DNA of 64,000 nt from Candidatus Omnitrophota bacterium. Lineage in GTDB: Bacteria; Omnitrophota; Gorgyraeia; JAHJTE01. This document shows, piece by piece, positions 10,126 to 19,046 of this stretch (the first letter of the stretch is position 1; each line of letters begins with the position of its first letter). The notes below the pieces were generated by a model. The model did no database searches and was not told the origin of the DNA. It saw only the letters and a list, made by a program, of their open reading frames with translations. The stretch is from NCBI GenBank assembly GCA_018830005.1, contig JAHJTE010000001.1, positions 321,332-385,331 on the forward strand, read 5' to 3'. Position numbers and translations under genes: made by a program.

Positions 10126-11152
10126 GAAGGCTCCTAAGAATAAAAGGATACTTATTTTCAATGTGAATTGGCTGGGCGATGTGTTGTTTTCTACCTCGGC
10201 ATTAAAGGCACTTCGGCAGGCATTTCCTAAGGCATACATTGCCTCTATCCTACACCCGCGCACAATCGAAGTCTTACAAGATAATCCTAACCTTGATGAG
10301 ATTATCATCTTTGATGAAAAAGAAAAAAACAAGCACTTATTAAGTAAATTTAGCTTTGTCTCTGCGCTTGCGAAGAAAAATTTTGATACTGTTTATTTAT
10401 TTCATCGTTCATTTACGCGTTCAATGCTTATGGCGCTGGCAAAGATTCCTCACCGTATTGGTTACAAGGCAAAGAAAAGAGCAGGATTATTCTTAACGCA
10501 AAAGATTGCCTTACCGAAAGGCCAGATACATCGAGTCGATTATTTTTTGAACATCTTAAGAGAGTCAGGCATAGACTGCAAATTTTCTGATTATGAATTT
10601 TTTGTTGATAATGCTTCTCGGGAAAAAATTGCCAGGATGTTTGAAGAAGAAAAAGTCAATAAGTCTGATTTCTTCGTGTGTCTAAACCCAGGAGGAAACT
10701 GGAATTTGAAACGCTGGCAAAAGGAACGTTTTGCTCAGCTTGCAGATAGATTGACTCTTGAGTTTAAGGCAAAGATAATAATTACAGGAAGCGCAAAAGA
10801 CCTATCTTTAGCTAAGGATATAGCCTCGCAGATAAGAGAGGAGCCTATAATTACCTGTGGAAGCACTAGCCTTAAAGAATTAGGAGCGATTATCGAAAGG
10901 AGCAAACTGTTCATCAGCGCTGATTCTGGGCCAATGCATATAGCAGCTGCCTTAGGGGTGCCTATCATTGCTCTGTTTGGGCCTACATCAGCACACATTA
11001 CCGGACCCAGAGGTAAAGGTAAAATAAAAATTATCCAAAAAGACGTTGGCTGCTGTATTCCTTGTTATAAGGTCACATGTAAGGATAACCGCTGTATGAA
11101 GACGATTAGCGTTGAGGATTGTATAGCTGCTGTACGTGAAATCATCTCATAA
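10118..11152 (+). CDS. ADP-heptose:LPS heptosyltransferase (GT9)
   Basis: 'ILIFNVNWLGDVLFST' N-terminal motif, 'GPMHIAAALGVP' motif and C-terminal CIPCY...C..NRCM. Paralogous to the C-terminal half of the 6113..8191 ORF. Confidence 0.8.
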   Translation: MSKKAPKNKRILIFNVNWLGDVLFSTSALKALRQAFPKAYIASILHPRTIEVLQDNPNLDEIIIFDEKEKNKHLLSKFSFVSALAKKNFDTVYLFHRSFTRSMLMALAKIPHRIGYKAKKRAGLFLTQKIALPKGQIHRVDYFLNILRESGIDCKFSDYEFFVDNASREKIARMFEEEKVNKSDFFVCLNPGGNWNLKRWQKERFAQLADRLTLEFKAKIIITGSAKDLSLAKDIASQIREEPIITCGSTSLKELGAIIERSKLFISADSGPMHIAAALGVPIIALFGPTSAHITGPRGKGKIKIIQKDVGCCIPCYKVTCKDNRCMKTISVEDCIAAVREIIS

Positions 11153-11153
11153 T

Positions 11154-11500
11154 ATGGATTTATCGCAAATAAAAAAATTTTGATCATTCGTACTGATAGA
11201 ATTGGTGACGTGTTTTTGTCTATGTCAGTTCTAGCTAATTTGAGAAGAGCGCTTCCTTATGCACATATTGCGATGAGGTCCTTATTTATGATAAGCGAGG
11301 CCTGCATAAGAGCTGGCTATCAAGCCTTGGCTTTGCCGTTACTCTGCGAAAGAGGAAATTTGATTTGGCCTTGATTCTTCATCCTAAGGATGTAGGCTGC
11401 CAGATTTGTCTTGCCCATAATTGTAATAAGGATTTTTTGTGTTTAAAATCCATAAAACCAGAAGAGATTATTGAGTTAGCCAGGCCATTTTTGTGAGATT
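11154..11500 (+). pseudogene. decayed GT9 heptosyltransferase fragment (frameshifted and truncated)
   Basis: A 64-aa ORF (11180..11374) encodes a clean GT9 N-terminus 'IIRTDRIGDVFLSMSVLANLRRALPYAHIAM', then runs out. A +1 frame downstream still reads 'FDLALILHPKD', as in GT9 'DLAIDLHG'. No proper start codon; the ATG at 11154 hits TGA after 9 codons. Confidence 0.55.
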
Positions 11501-11520
11501 ACTTTCGATTTTCTTTATAG

Positions 11521-11549
11521 TTGCCTAGGCTGTTAAATTGTGTTAAAAT
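11521..11549 (+). promoter_or_regulatory. sigma70-like promoter upstream of hldA (TTGCCT-17 bp-TAAAAT)
   Basis: -35 at 11521-11526 and -10 at 11544-11549 with a 17-bp spacer. Followed by GGGGG (Shine-Dalgarno-like) and the ATG at 11574. Confidence 0.45.
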
Positions 11550-11573
11550 CAGTTTTTGTCCCTTGGGGGCCTT

Positions 11574-12560
11574 ATGATAAATATAGACAAAAGGATAATT
11601 GATAACTTTAAAAAAGCCAGGATTCTAGTTATCGGTGATTTAATCCTGGATAAGTTTATCTGGGGTAATGTAGATCGCATTTCACCCGAGGCTCCTGTGC
11701 CTGTGGTGTATCAGGTAAGAGAATCCTACATGCCAGGCGGAGCAAGTAATGTTACCAATAATCTTTCAAGCCTAAAGGCTAAAGAGGTTTTAATGGTCGG
11801 CCTTATTGGCCGTGACAGCGAAGGCAGAAGATTAAAAGCGGAATTAAAGAAAAGAGGCGTTAATATTTCTGGCGTATTCACAGAAGGGGCTCGTCAGACC
11901 ACGTTAAAGACACGTATTATTGCTCATCATCAACAGGTCGTGCGCTTGGACCATGAAACCACAGCGCCTATAAAGAAGGAATCCGTAAAAAGGATTGTTA
12001 ATTTCGTAAAGAGGCACGTAGAAAGATGTGATGCGATTATTATCGAGGATTATGGCAAAGGGGTTATAGATCCTGGAGTGCTTGAACCTATTATCGCTTT
12101 TGCCCGGAGCAAGAAAAAAATCATAACAGTTGATCCTAAAGAAGATCATTTTAAATCCTATAAGAACGTTACAACAATAACGCCGAATCTTAAAGAGGCA
12201 TGCGAGGCCTCTGGTCAGAAGTTTAAAAAAGGCGTTGATGTATCTAAAATTGGCAAGCTACTTATGAGTCGCTTGAATCTCAAGGCCTTACTCATCACTA
12301 TGGGCGATGAAGGCATGCAGCTCATGCAGCGCGGGAAGAAGAGTCAGCACATTCCTACGCTTGCCCAGGAAGTCTTTGATGTATCTGGTGCCGGAGATAC
12401 AGTTATTGCTGTCTTTACCCTAGCCCTGGCTTGTGGAGCTGATTTTATGACTGCAGCACATTTGGCTAATATCTGTGCTGGTATAGTAGTGGGTAAGGTT
12501 GGCGTGGCAACAGTTAGTTTGAATGAGTTGTCCAAGGGGCTAAATAAATACCATGGATAA
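11574..12560 (+). CDS. hldA: D-glycero-beta-D-manno-heptose-7-phosphate kinase (RfaE domain I only; PfkB family)
   Basis: 'ILVIGDLILDKFIWGNVDRISPEAPVPVV' is the RfaE/HldE domain I signature, with a PfkB 'GAGD' motif near the C-terminus. No adenylyltransferase domain II. The ORF finder begins at TTG 11556; ATG 11574 is more likely the start. Confidence 0.8.
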   Translation: MINIDKRIIDNFKKARILVIGDLILDKFIWGNVDRISPEAPVPVVYQVRESYMPGGASNVTNNLSSLKAKEVLMVGLIGRDSEGRRLKAELKKRGVNISGVFTEGARQTTLKTRIIAHHQQVVRLDHETTAPIKKESVKRIVNFVKRHVERCDAIIIEDYGKGVIDPGVLEPIIAFARSKKKIITVDPKEDHFKSYKNVTTITPNLKEACEASGQKFKKGVDVSKIGKLLMSRLNLKALLITMGDEGMQLMQRGKKSQHIPTLAQEVFDVSGAGDTVIAVFTLALACGADFMTAAHLANICAGIVVGKVGVATVSLNELSKGLNKYHG

Positions 12561-13293
12561 TATTGGTGTTATTCCTGCTCGTTTTGGTTCAACGCGTTTT
12601 GAAGGAAAAGTCCTTAAGACTTTGTCCGGGAAACCCATGCTGCAGTTGGTCTGGGAGGCAGCAAAACAGGCCAAATTACTGGATGCGGTTATAATTGCTA
12701 CAGATGATGAACGCGTAAAGAGAGTATGTACTGAATTCGGGGCAAAGGTTGAAATGACGGCAAAGCAACATTCTTCAGGCACAGATAGGATTTGTGAAGT
12801 AGTCAATCCGCTTGAAGTAAAAAACGTAGTTAATATCCAGGCGGATGAGCCATTAATAAGACCTGAGATGATTGATTCTTTAGTTAATGTCCTTCTCGGG
12901 GATAAAAAAGTATATATGGCTACGCTGATTAAGAAAATAACAAACAGCCGGGATTTAGAAAATACTAATGTGGTAAAGGTGCTTAAGGATAAATCAGATT
13001 GGGCCCTGTATTTTTCGCGCTCTAGTATTCCTTATGTACGCGCTGGTGCAGAGGGAGAAAAGGCCAAGCCAACATTCTTCAAGCATATTGGATTATACGC
13101 CTATACCAAAGATTTTCTTTTTACCTTCAAGAATCTAGAAAAGTCAGAATTGGAATTAAGCGAGCGTCTAGAGCAGTTGCGCGTGTTGGAAAATGGCTAT
13201 AGAATAAAGGTTATTGAAACTGAATTTGAGACTATTGGTGTGGATACGCCAGAAGATTTGGAAATTGCTCAAAATTTACTGAACGGAAGATGA
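12553..13293 (+). CDS. kdsB: 3-deoxy-manno-octulosonate cytidylyltransferase (CMP-Kdo synthetase)
   Basis: 'GVIPARFGSTRFEGKVL' N-terminus, 246 aa. Confidence 0.9.
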   Translation: MDNIGVIPARFGSTRFEGKVLKTLSGKPMLQLVWEAAKQAKLLDAVIIATDDERVKRVCTEFGAKVEMTAKQHSSGTDRICEVVNPLEVKNVVNIQADEPLIRPEMIDSLVNVLLGDKKVYMATLIKKITNSRDLENTNVVKVLKDKSDWALYFSRSSIPYVRAGAEGEKAKPTFFKHIGLYAYTKDFLFTFKNLEKSELELSERLEQLRVLENGYRIKVIETEFETIGVDTPEDLEIAQNLLNGR

Positions 13294-14102
13294 AAACAAT
13301 TAAATTAGGGAAAATTATAATAGGTAAAGATAAACTAGTTTTAATCGCCGGTCCCTGCGTAATCGAAGGCAGGAAATTTGCACTCAATCATGCCAAGCGC
13401 ATTAAAAGGATCTGCGCTAAATATAAGATGCCCTTGATTTTTAAATCCAGTTTTGATAAGGCTAATCGCACCTCACTTTCATCTTTTCGCGGTCCAGGCA
13501 TAAGAGTCGGACTCAAGATCTTAAAAGAGATAAGATATACATTGGGTATTCCTATATTAAGTGATGTCCACTGCGTAAGAGACGTTGAATTAGCAGCTGG
13601 AGTCTTAGATGTTATTCAGATTCCGGCATTTCTCTGCAGGCAAACAGATCTACTTCTTGAAGCTGCCCAGACAGGCAAAATTATCAATGTGAAGAAAGGC
13701 CAATTTTTGGCACCCTGGGACGTAGGTGAAATAATAAAGAAAATTGAATCAAAAAAGAATAAAAGAATCTTGCTTACAGAAAGAGGCACAAGTTTTGGAT
13801 ATAATAATTTAGTATTTGATTTAAGGAATCTTTCTATAATGCGCAAATTTGGTTATCCCGTAATTTTTGATGCGACGCATTCAGTGCAGTTGCCGGCAGC
13901 AGGAGGCACTGCCTCGGGTGGCCAGAGAGAGTTTGTGGCAGGTTACACTCGTGCTGCTGTTGCCTTTGGTTGCGACGGACTTTTCCTAGAGGTGCATGAG
14001 AAGCCGCAAAGGGCTCCTTGCGACGGACCGAATATGATAAGCTTTAATGAGCTAGAGAAGATCTTAGAAGGCGTCTGTAAGATAAAGGAAACATTAAAAT
14101 GA
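13290..14102 (+). CDS. kdsA: 2-dehydro-3-deoxyphosphooctonate aldolase (Kdo-8-P synthase)
   Basis: DAHP-synthase I family, 270 aa, 'LIAGPCVIE...' consistent with KdsA. Confidence 0.9.
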   Translation: MKTIKLGKIIIGKDKLVLIAGPCVIEGRKFALNHAKRIKRICAKYKMPLIFKSSFDKANRTSLSSFRGPGIRVGLKILKEIRYTLGIPILSDVHCVRDVELAAGVLDVIQIPAFLCRQTDLLLEAAQTGKIINVKKGQFLAPWDVGEIIKKIESKKNKRILLTERGTSFGYNNLVFDLRNLSIMRKFGYPVIFDATHSVQLPAAGGTASGGQREFVAGYTRAAVAFGCDGLFLEVHEKPQRAPCDGPNMISFNELEKILEGVCKIKETLK

Positions 14103-15058
14103 ATTTAAAACGGGCAAGACAAGTATTAAAGATTGAATCGGAAGCAATTAAGAGGCTAATTCCCAGATTGGATAATAAGTTTTTAAAGGCCTTAGATCTA
14201 TTATATAGATGTAAGGGTAGAATAGTAGTTACAGGGATGGGCAAGGCCGGGATTATCGGCCAGAAGATTTCAGCCACGCTTTCTTCTACTGGCACACCCA
14301 GTCTATGGCTGCACTCTGCTGAGGCAAGTCACGGAGATCTAGGCCGCATAAGGCGCGATGATTGTGTCCTGGCACTTTCGAATAGCGGCGAGACAGAGGA
14401 GTTGAAGAATTTCTTGCCTATAATTAAAAAGATAGGCGTGAAATTAATATCGATTACAGGAGCTCCCAAATCTACTCTGGGGAGGTTTTCGGATGTGGTT
14501 GTTGATGCCAGTATCAAATATGAGGCCTGCCCTCTAGGCCTTGCGCCAACAGCCTCAACTACAGTTATGCTTGCTTTAGGTGATGCCTTGGCTGTGTGTT
14601 TGTTGGAAAAGAAAGGTTTTAAGGAGAAGGATTTCGCTTTTTATCATCCAGGAGGAGCCTTGGGTAAAAGGTTGTTGCTTACAGTTGGTGATATAATGCG
14701 CTCTGGAAAGAGCTCTCCTGTAGTTTTAGAGAATACGCCGGTATCAAAAGTACTTTTTGCGATTACAAAGGCACGCGCAGGTTCTGCTTCCATCATTGAT
14801 AAGAAGGGACGCCTGGTTGGTATTTTTACCGACGGTGACTTGCGCAGGCATTTAGGTAAAGATGCGACTTTGCCACATCGGCGAGTCAGCGAAGTGATGA
14901 CAAGAAACCCCCGCGTTATTAAAAAAGACTGCCTGGCAGCAGAGGCATTGCGTATATTGCAAGAGAAAAAGATTGATGAGCTGCCTGTTGTTGATAACAA
15001 GGCCAAACCTTTGGGCCTAGTGGATGTTCAGGATATTTTAAAGGCAGGGATTGTATAA
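14099..15058 (+). CDS. kdsD: arabinose-5-phosphate isomerase (SIS + tandem CBS)
   Basis: SIS domain (GRIVVTGMGKAG) followed by two CBS domains; ~320 aa KdsD/GutQ architecture. Confidence 0.85.
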   Translation: MNLKRARQVLKIESEAIKRLIPRLDNKFLKALDLLYRCKGRIVVTGMGKAGIIGQKISATLSSTGTPSLWLHSAEASHGDLGRIRRDDCVLALSNSGETEELKNFLPIIKKIGVKLISITGAPKSTLGRFSDVVVDASIKYEACPLGLAPTASTTVMLALGDALAVCLLEKKGFKEKDFAFYHPGGALGKRLLLTVGDIMRSGKSSPVVLENTPVSKVLFAITKARAGSASIIDKKGRLVGIFTDGDLRRHLGKDATLPHRRVSEVMTRNPRVIKKDCLAAEALRILQEKKIDELPVVDNKAKPLGLVDVQDILKAGIV

Positions 15059-15064
15059 CAGGCC

Positions 15065-15592
15065 ATGAAGACAAAGTCAATTCTAGCTAAGGCTAAAAAA
15101 ATAAAATTATTGATGCTTGATGTAGATGGCGTATTAACCGATGGCAGGATTATTTATGATAGCTCGGGCCGCGATTTGAAATTATTTGATGTGCAGGATG
15201 GACTTGGCGTGTATCTTTTAAGCCTTATGGGTATAAAAACAGTGTTGGTTACAGCAAAAGGCTCTAGCGTTATAACACCCAGAGCAAAAAGCATGCGCGT
15301 AGCCGCAGTATATAAGGATATCTTTCCCAAGACAAAGGTCCTAGAATCAGTAAAGAAAAGATTTAGGGTGAGCGTTGATGCGATTTGTTTTGTAGGTGAT
15401 GATTTGGTTGATTATTCAATAATGAAAAAATGCGGTTTAAGTATTGCTGTTTCTAACGCCTGCAAAGAGATAAAGCAGATCGCGCATTTTACAACTAAAA
15501 AAGCAGGCGGCAGAGGCGCGGTACGCGAGGTAGTGGAAATCTTACTTAAGGCCCAAGGCCTATGGAAGAAGGCCTTAAGTTTGTACGAATAA
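15065..15592 (+). CDS. kdsC: Kdo-8-phosphate phosphatase (HAD superfamily)
   Basis: 'LLMLDVDGVLTDGRIIY' HAD motif I, 175 aa, placed after kdsD. Confidence 0.8.
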   Translation: MKTKSILAKAKKIKLLMLDVDGVLTDGRIIYDSSGRDLKLFDVQDGLGVYLLSLMGIKTVLVTAKGSSVITPRAKSMRVAAVYKDIFPKTKVLESVKKRFRVSVDAICFVGDDLVDYSIMKKCGLSIAVSNACKEIKQIAHFTTKKAGGRGAVREVVEILLKAQGLWKKALSLYE

Positions 15593-15602
15593 AAGAGTTA
15601 TT

Positions 15603-16325
15603 ATGTTGCTTCTAGAAATCAAGGATTTGTCAAAGACTTATGGTACGCGTCAGGTGGTTAATGGCGTAAGCCTGACCGTAGGCCGTTCCGAGATAGTAGG
15701 GCTTCTTGGCCCTAATGGGGCAGGCAAAACTACCACATTTTACATGATTATGGGTATTGTTGCTCCAGATAAGGGCAAGATAATACTAGATCAGCAAGAG
15801 CTTGCAAAGATGCCCATACATAAACGTTCTCGCTACGGTATGGCCTATCTTTCTCAAGAACCCTCTGTCTTTAGAAAACTTACAGTGCAGGAAAATATCA
15901 TGGCAATTCTAGAGACATTGAATATTTCCCAGCATGAGAGACGCCGCAGGTTAGAGCATCTCTTGGAAGAGCTGAAGATTTCTCATTTGATGAATAGCAA
16001 GGCATATACCCTTTCAGGCGGTGAACGCAGACGATTGGAAATTACCAGGGCATTAGTTACCAAGCCATCGTTTATCCTCTTGGATGAGCCTTTTTCTGGT
16101 ATTGACCCTATTGTGGTTGCCGAGGCCCAGGAATTAATCAAGGAATTAAAAGAGAAAGGTCTAGGGATTTTGCTTACTGACCATAACGTACGTGAGACAC
16201 TTTCTATTACTGACAGGGCATATGTTATTAATGAAGGCCGTATTCTTATATCAGGAAAGGCTAAAGATTTGATTGATGATGCCCAGGCGCGAAAGGTCTA
16301 CCTGGGTGAGAAGTTCAAGATGTGA
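15603..16325 (+). CDS. lptB: LPS export ABC transporter ATP-binding protein
   Basis: Walker A 'GPNGAGKTT' and signature 'LSGGERRRLEI'; 240 aa, immediately after kdsC. Confidence 0.85.
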   Translation: MLLLEIKDLSKTYGTRQVVNGVSLTVGRSEIVGLLGPNGAGKTTTFYMIMGIVAPDKGKIILDQQELAKMPIHKRSRYGMAYLSQEPSVFRKLTVQENIMAILETLNISQHERRRRLEHLLEELKISHLMNSKAYTLSGGERRRLEITRALVTKPSFILLDEPFSGIDPIVVAEAQELIKELKEKGLGILLTDHNVRETLSITDRAYVINEGRILISGKAKDLIDDAQARKVYLGEKFKM

Positions 16326-16347
16326 AGTCTGCATGTGAGGAGATTCT

Positions 16348-17226
16348 ATGAAATCAGAAATAAAAAAATTGGATGCTTGTTTAAGAGAGGTTAATATTGA
16401 GGTAGATCAAGAGACAGTCAAGACCAAACTCGATGAGGTCTATGCTGAGATTTCAAAAAAGGCCAAGGTACCTGGTTTTCGTCCTGGTACTGCTCCCAGG
16501 CAGATTCTTGAAAAACACCACAATCAATTAGCACATGAGGAGTTACTAAAGACCCTTATTCCTCAGGCCTATGATGAGAGCCTCAAAGAGAAAAATCTCT
16601 TTTCCTATGGGCCGCCTGAGATATCAGACGTCTCGTTGAATAATAATGTTCTAAAGTTCAAGGCTAAGGTAGAGGTAAGGCCGGAAATGAATTTGAGCTC
16701 ATATAAAGGGATTAAGATTAAAAGGAAAGAACCAGAGGTTAAGGAAGAAGAAATAGAGGAGCAGATAAAGGCCCTTGCTAAAGATAGAGAGCGTGAAAAT
16801 GATATTAGCGACAATCTTGCCAGAAGCTTAGGCTATAAAACCCTGGATGAATTTAAGGAATTTTTGAGAAAACAGCTCTTTTTGAAATCTCAAGAGGAAT
16901 CCTATCATGACGCCTTTAATCAAATTATTGAGCAGCTTCTTAAAGATAATCCCGTTGATGCCCCGCGTGTTTTAGTAGAACGGCAGTTAGAAAGACGCCA
17001 GCAAGAGACAAGTTACAGGTTAAAGGCGTACGGTCAAAAGCAAGAAGAAATAGAGACTAAACTTAAGGAGCTTAAGCCGCAGCTAGAACAGGCCTGTCAG
17101 CGAGAAACAAAGATATTTTTGTTACTAGAAGAGATTTCCAAAAAAGAAAATCTTAAGGTAAAGGATGCATCTCTGGTTACCCAGAGGGCAGTAGAATTTT
17201 TGTTTGAGAATGCAAAATGGGGGTGA
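16348..17226 (+). CDS. tig: trigger factor homologue lacking the PPIase domain
   Basis: N-terminal ribosome-binding domain with 'GFRPGTAP' (TF signature GFRxGxxP) and a C-domain-like helical region. Only 292 aa, with no FKBP-type segment. Conserved tig-clpP adjacency. Confidence 0.7.
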   Translation: MKSEIKKLDACLREVNIEVDQETVKTKLDEVYAEISKKAKVPGFRPGTAPRQILEKHHNQLAHEELLKTLIPQAYDESLKEKNLFSYGPPEISDVSLNNNVLKFKAKVEVRPEMNLSSYKGIKIKRKEPEVKEEEIEEQIKALAKDRERENDISDNLARSLGYKTLDEFKEFLRKQLFLKSQEESYHDAFNQIIEQLLKDNPVDAPRVLVERQLERRQQETSYRLKAYGQKQEEIETKLKELKPQLEQACQRETKIFLLLEEISKKENLKVKDASLVTQRAVEFLFENAKWG

Positions 17227-17229
17227 AAA

Positions 17230-17835
17230 ATGGATGAGAAAATGCAGACCTTAATTCCGATGGTAGTTGAGACAACTGGAAGGGTGGAGCGCGCCTATGA
17301 TATTTATTCTCGGCTCCTGAAGGACAGGATTATTTTCGTAGGTACAGCGATTGATGACCATATCTCAAATCTGATAATTGCGCAGTTGCTTTTTCTGCAG
17401 ATGGAGGATGTTAATAAAGAGATCAATCTTTATATCAACTCTCCGGGTGGTTCTGTGACAGCAGGTCTGGCAATTTATGATACGATGCAATTTATAAAAC
17501 CGATTGTGGCTACTTACTGTGTTGGTCAGGCTACGAGCATGGGAGCGCTGCTGTTGGCAGCTGGAAGTAAAGGTAAACGTTTTGCCCTGCCTCATGCACG
17601 TATGATGATTCATCAGCCCTGGGGTGGCGTTCAAGGTCAGGCCAGCGATATCTCAATTCAGGCAAAGGAAATTTTGCGCATGAAAGATAAGATTAATGAA
17701 ATACTTGCGCGTCATACAGGTCAGTCAATAGAAAGAATAGTTAAGGATTCTGACCGTGATTACTTTATGAGCGCCCAAGAGGCAAAAGATTATGGCTTGG
17801 TAGATGAGGTTATTGAGCATCAAAAGAAGAAATAA
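17230..17835 (+). CDS. clpP: ATP-dependent Clp protease proteolytic subunit
   Basis: '[14 protein letters not shown]' active-site Ser motif and 'HQPWGG' His region, 201 aa. Confidence 0.9.
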   Translation: MDEKMQTLIPMVVETTGRVERAYDIYSRLLKDRIIFVGTAIDDHISNLIIAQLLFLQMEDVNKEINLYINSPGGSVTAGLAIYDTMQFIKPIVATYCVGQATSMGALLLAAGSKGKRFALPHARMMIHQPWGGVQGQASDISIQAKEILRMKDKINEILARHTGQSIERIVKDSDRDYFMSAQEAKDYGLVDEVIEHQKKK

Positions 17836-17852
17836 AACAGGGAGCTTTTCAT

Positions 17853-18992
17853 ATGAATAAGACCTACTTACTTACTCCAGGACCAACTCCATTGCCGCCT
17901 GAGGTTAGAGAGGCATTATCTAGAGAGATCATTCATCATCGCACAAAGGCATTCCAAGAGATTCTAGGAGAGTGCCTGAATGATTTGAAAGAGATATTTA
18001 AAACCAAGAATGATATATTTATTCTTACTTCTTCAGGAACAGGAGCAATGGAGGCAGCCGTAGTAAATCTCCTCTCGCGAGGCGATAAAGCGCTTTGCGT
18101 CCAAGGCGGGAAATTCGGAGAGCGTTGGACAGAGATATGCCAGGCCTACGGTGTTGATGCAGAGATAGTTGATGTCCAATGGGGTGAGGCTGTAGACCCT
18201 CAAGTAATCGAGGAGAAATTAAAGGCCAACGAAGATATTAAGGCAGTGTTCACAACTTTATGTGAGACCTCAACTGCCACATCTAGTGATATTAAGGCAA
18301 TAGGTTCTATTGTAGGCAATCATAAATGCGTGCTTGTTGTAGATGCAATTAGTGCTTTAGGCGCTGTTGATTTAGAGACAGACGAATGGGGAGTTGATGT
18401 TGTTGTTTGTGGTTCTCAGAAAGGCCTGATGCTTTCTCCTGGATTGGCCTTTATCAGCATGAGCCCTAAGGCCTATTCCTTAATGGAGAGTTCTGATTTA
18501 AGCCGCTATTATTTTGATTTGCGAAAAGCAAAAAAGATAGTTGATAAACCTGATACGCCATTTACTCCTGCTGTTAGTTTGGTTGTAGCCTTGAAAGAGG
18601 CTTTGAGCCTTATGAAGAAAGAGGGATTAGAGCAGCGTTTTAAGAGGTTTTCTCTTTATAGAGAGGCTCTCAAGAAGGCAGCAGTTGCCTTAGGGCTTTC
18701 TATTTTTAGCAGGAGCCCCTCAGATGCTGTAACCGCGATAAATTTACCCCCTGATATTGACGGCGTAAAATTAGTAAAGATAATGCGCGATACCTATGGA
18801 GTAGGAATAGCTGGCGGTCAGGGAAAGCTTAAAGGTAAAATCATTCGCATCGCCCATATGGGTTACATCAATGCCAGAGATATCATTACTGCTATTTCTG
18901 CTTTAGAGGATACTTTAAAAGATATGGGTTATAAATTCCAAATCGGTGCAGGAATAAAAGCAGCAAAAGAAATATTGAAAGAGACAAGATAA
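17853..18992 (+). CDS. class V aminotransferase (serine-pyruvate / alanine-glyoxylate type)
   Basis: 'LLTPGPTPLPPEV' N-terminus and 'GSQKGL' PLP-lysine motif typical of AGT-family class V enzymes. Confidence 0.75.
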   Translation: MNKTYLLTPGPTPLPPEVREALSREIIHHRTKAFQEILGECLNDLKEIFKTKNDIFILTSSGTGAMEAAVVNLLSRGDKALCVQGGKFGERWTEICQAYGVDAEIVDVQWGEAVDPQVIEEKLKANEDIKAVFTTLCETSTATSSDIKAIGSIVGNHKCVLVVDAISALGAVDLETDEWGVDVVVCGSQKGLMLSPGLAFISMSPKAYSLMESSDLSRYYFDLRKAKKIVDKPDTPFTPAVSLVVALKEALSLMKKEGLEQRFKRFSLYREALKKAAVALGLSIFSRSPSDAVTAINLPPDIDGVKLVKIMRDTYGVGIAGGQGKLKGKIIRIAHMGYINARDIITAISALEDTLKDMGYKFQIGAGIKAAKEILKETR

Positions 18993-19046
18993 TTTAGAAT
19001 TCCTCAGTCACGATTTCTTACAATCTCACCATTTTAGTATTTTGTC

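Noticed and set aside
11180-11374. 64-aa ORF as an intact small gene
   Set aside because: Its sequence is the N-terminus of a GT9 heptosyltransferase with the remainder frameshifted, so it is better explained as a pseudogene (reported as such).
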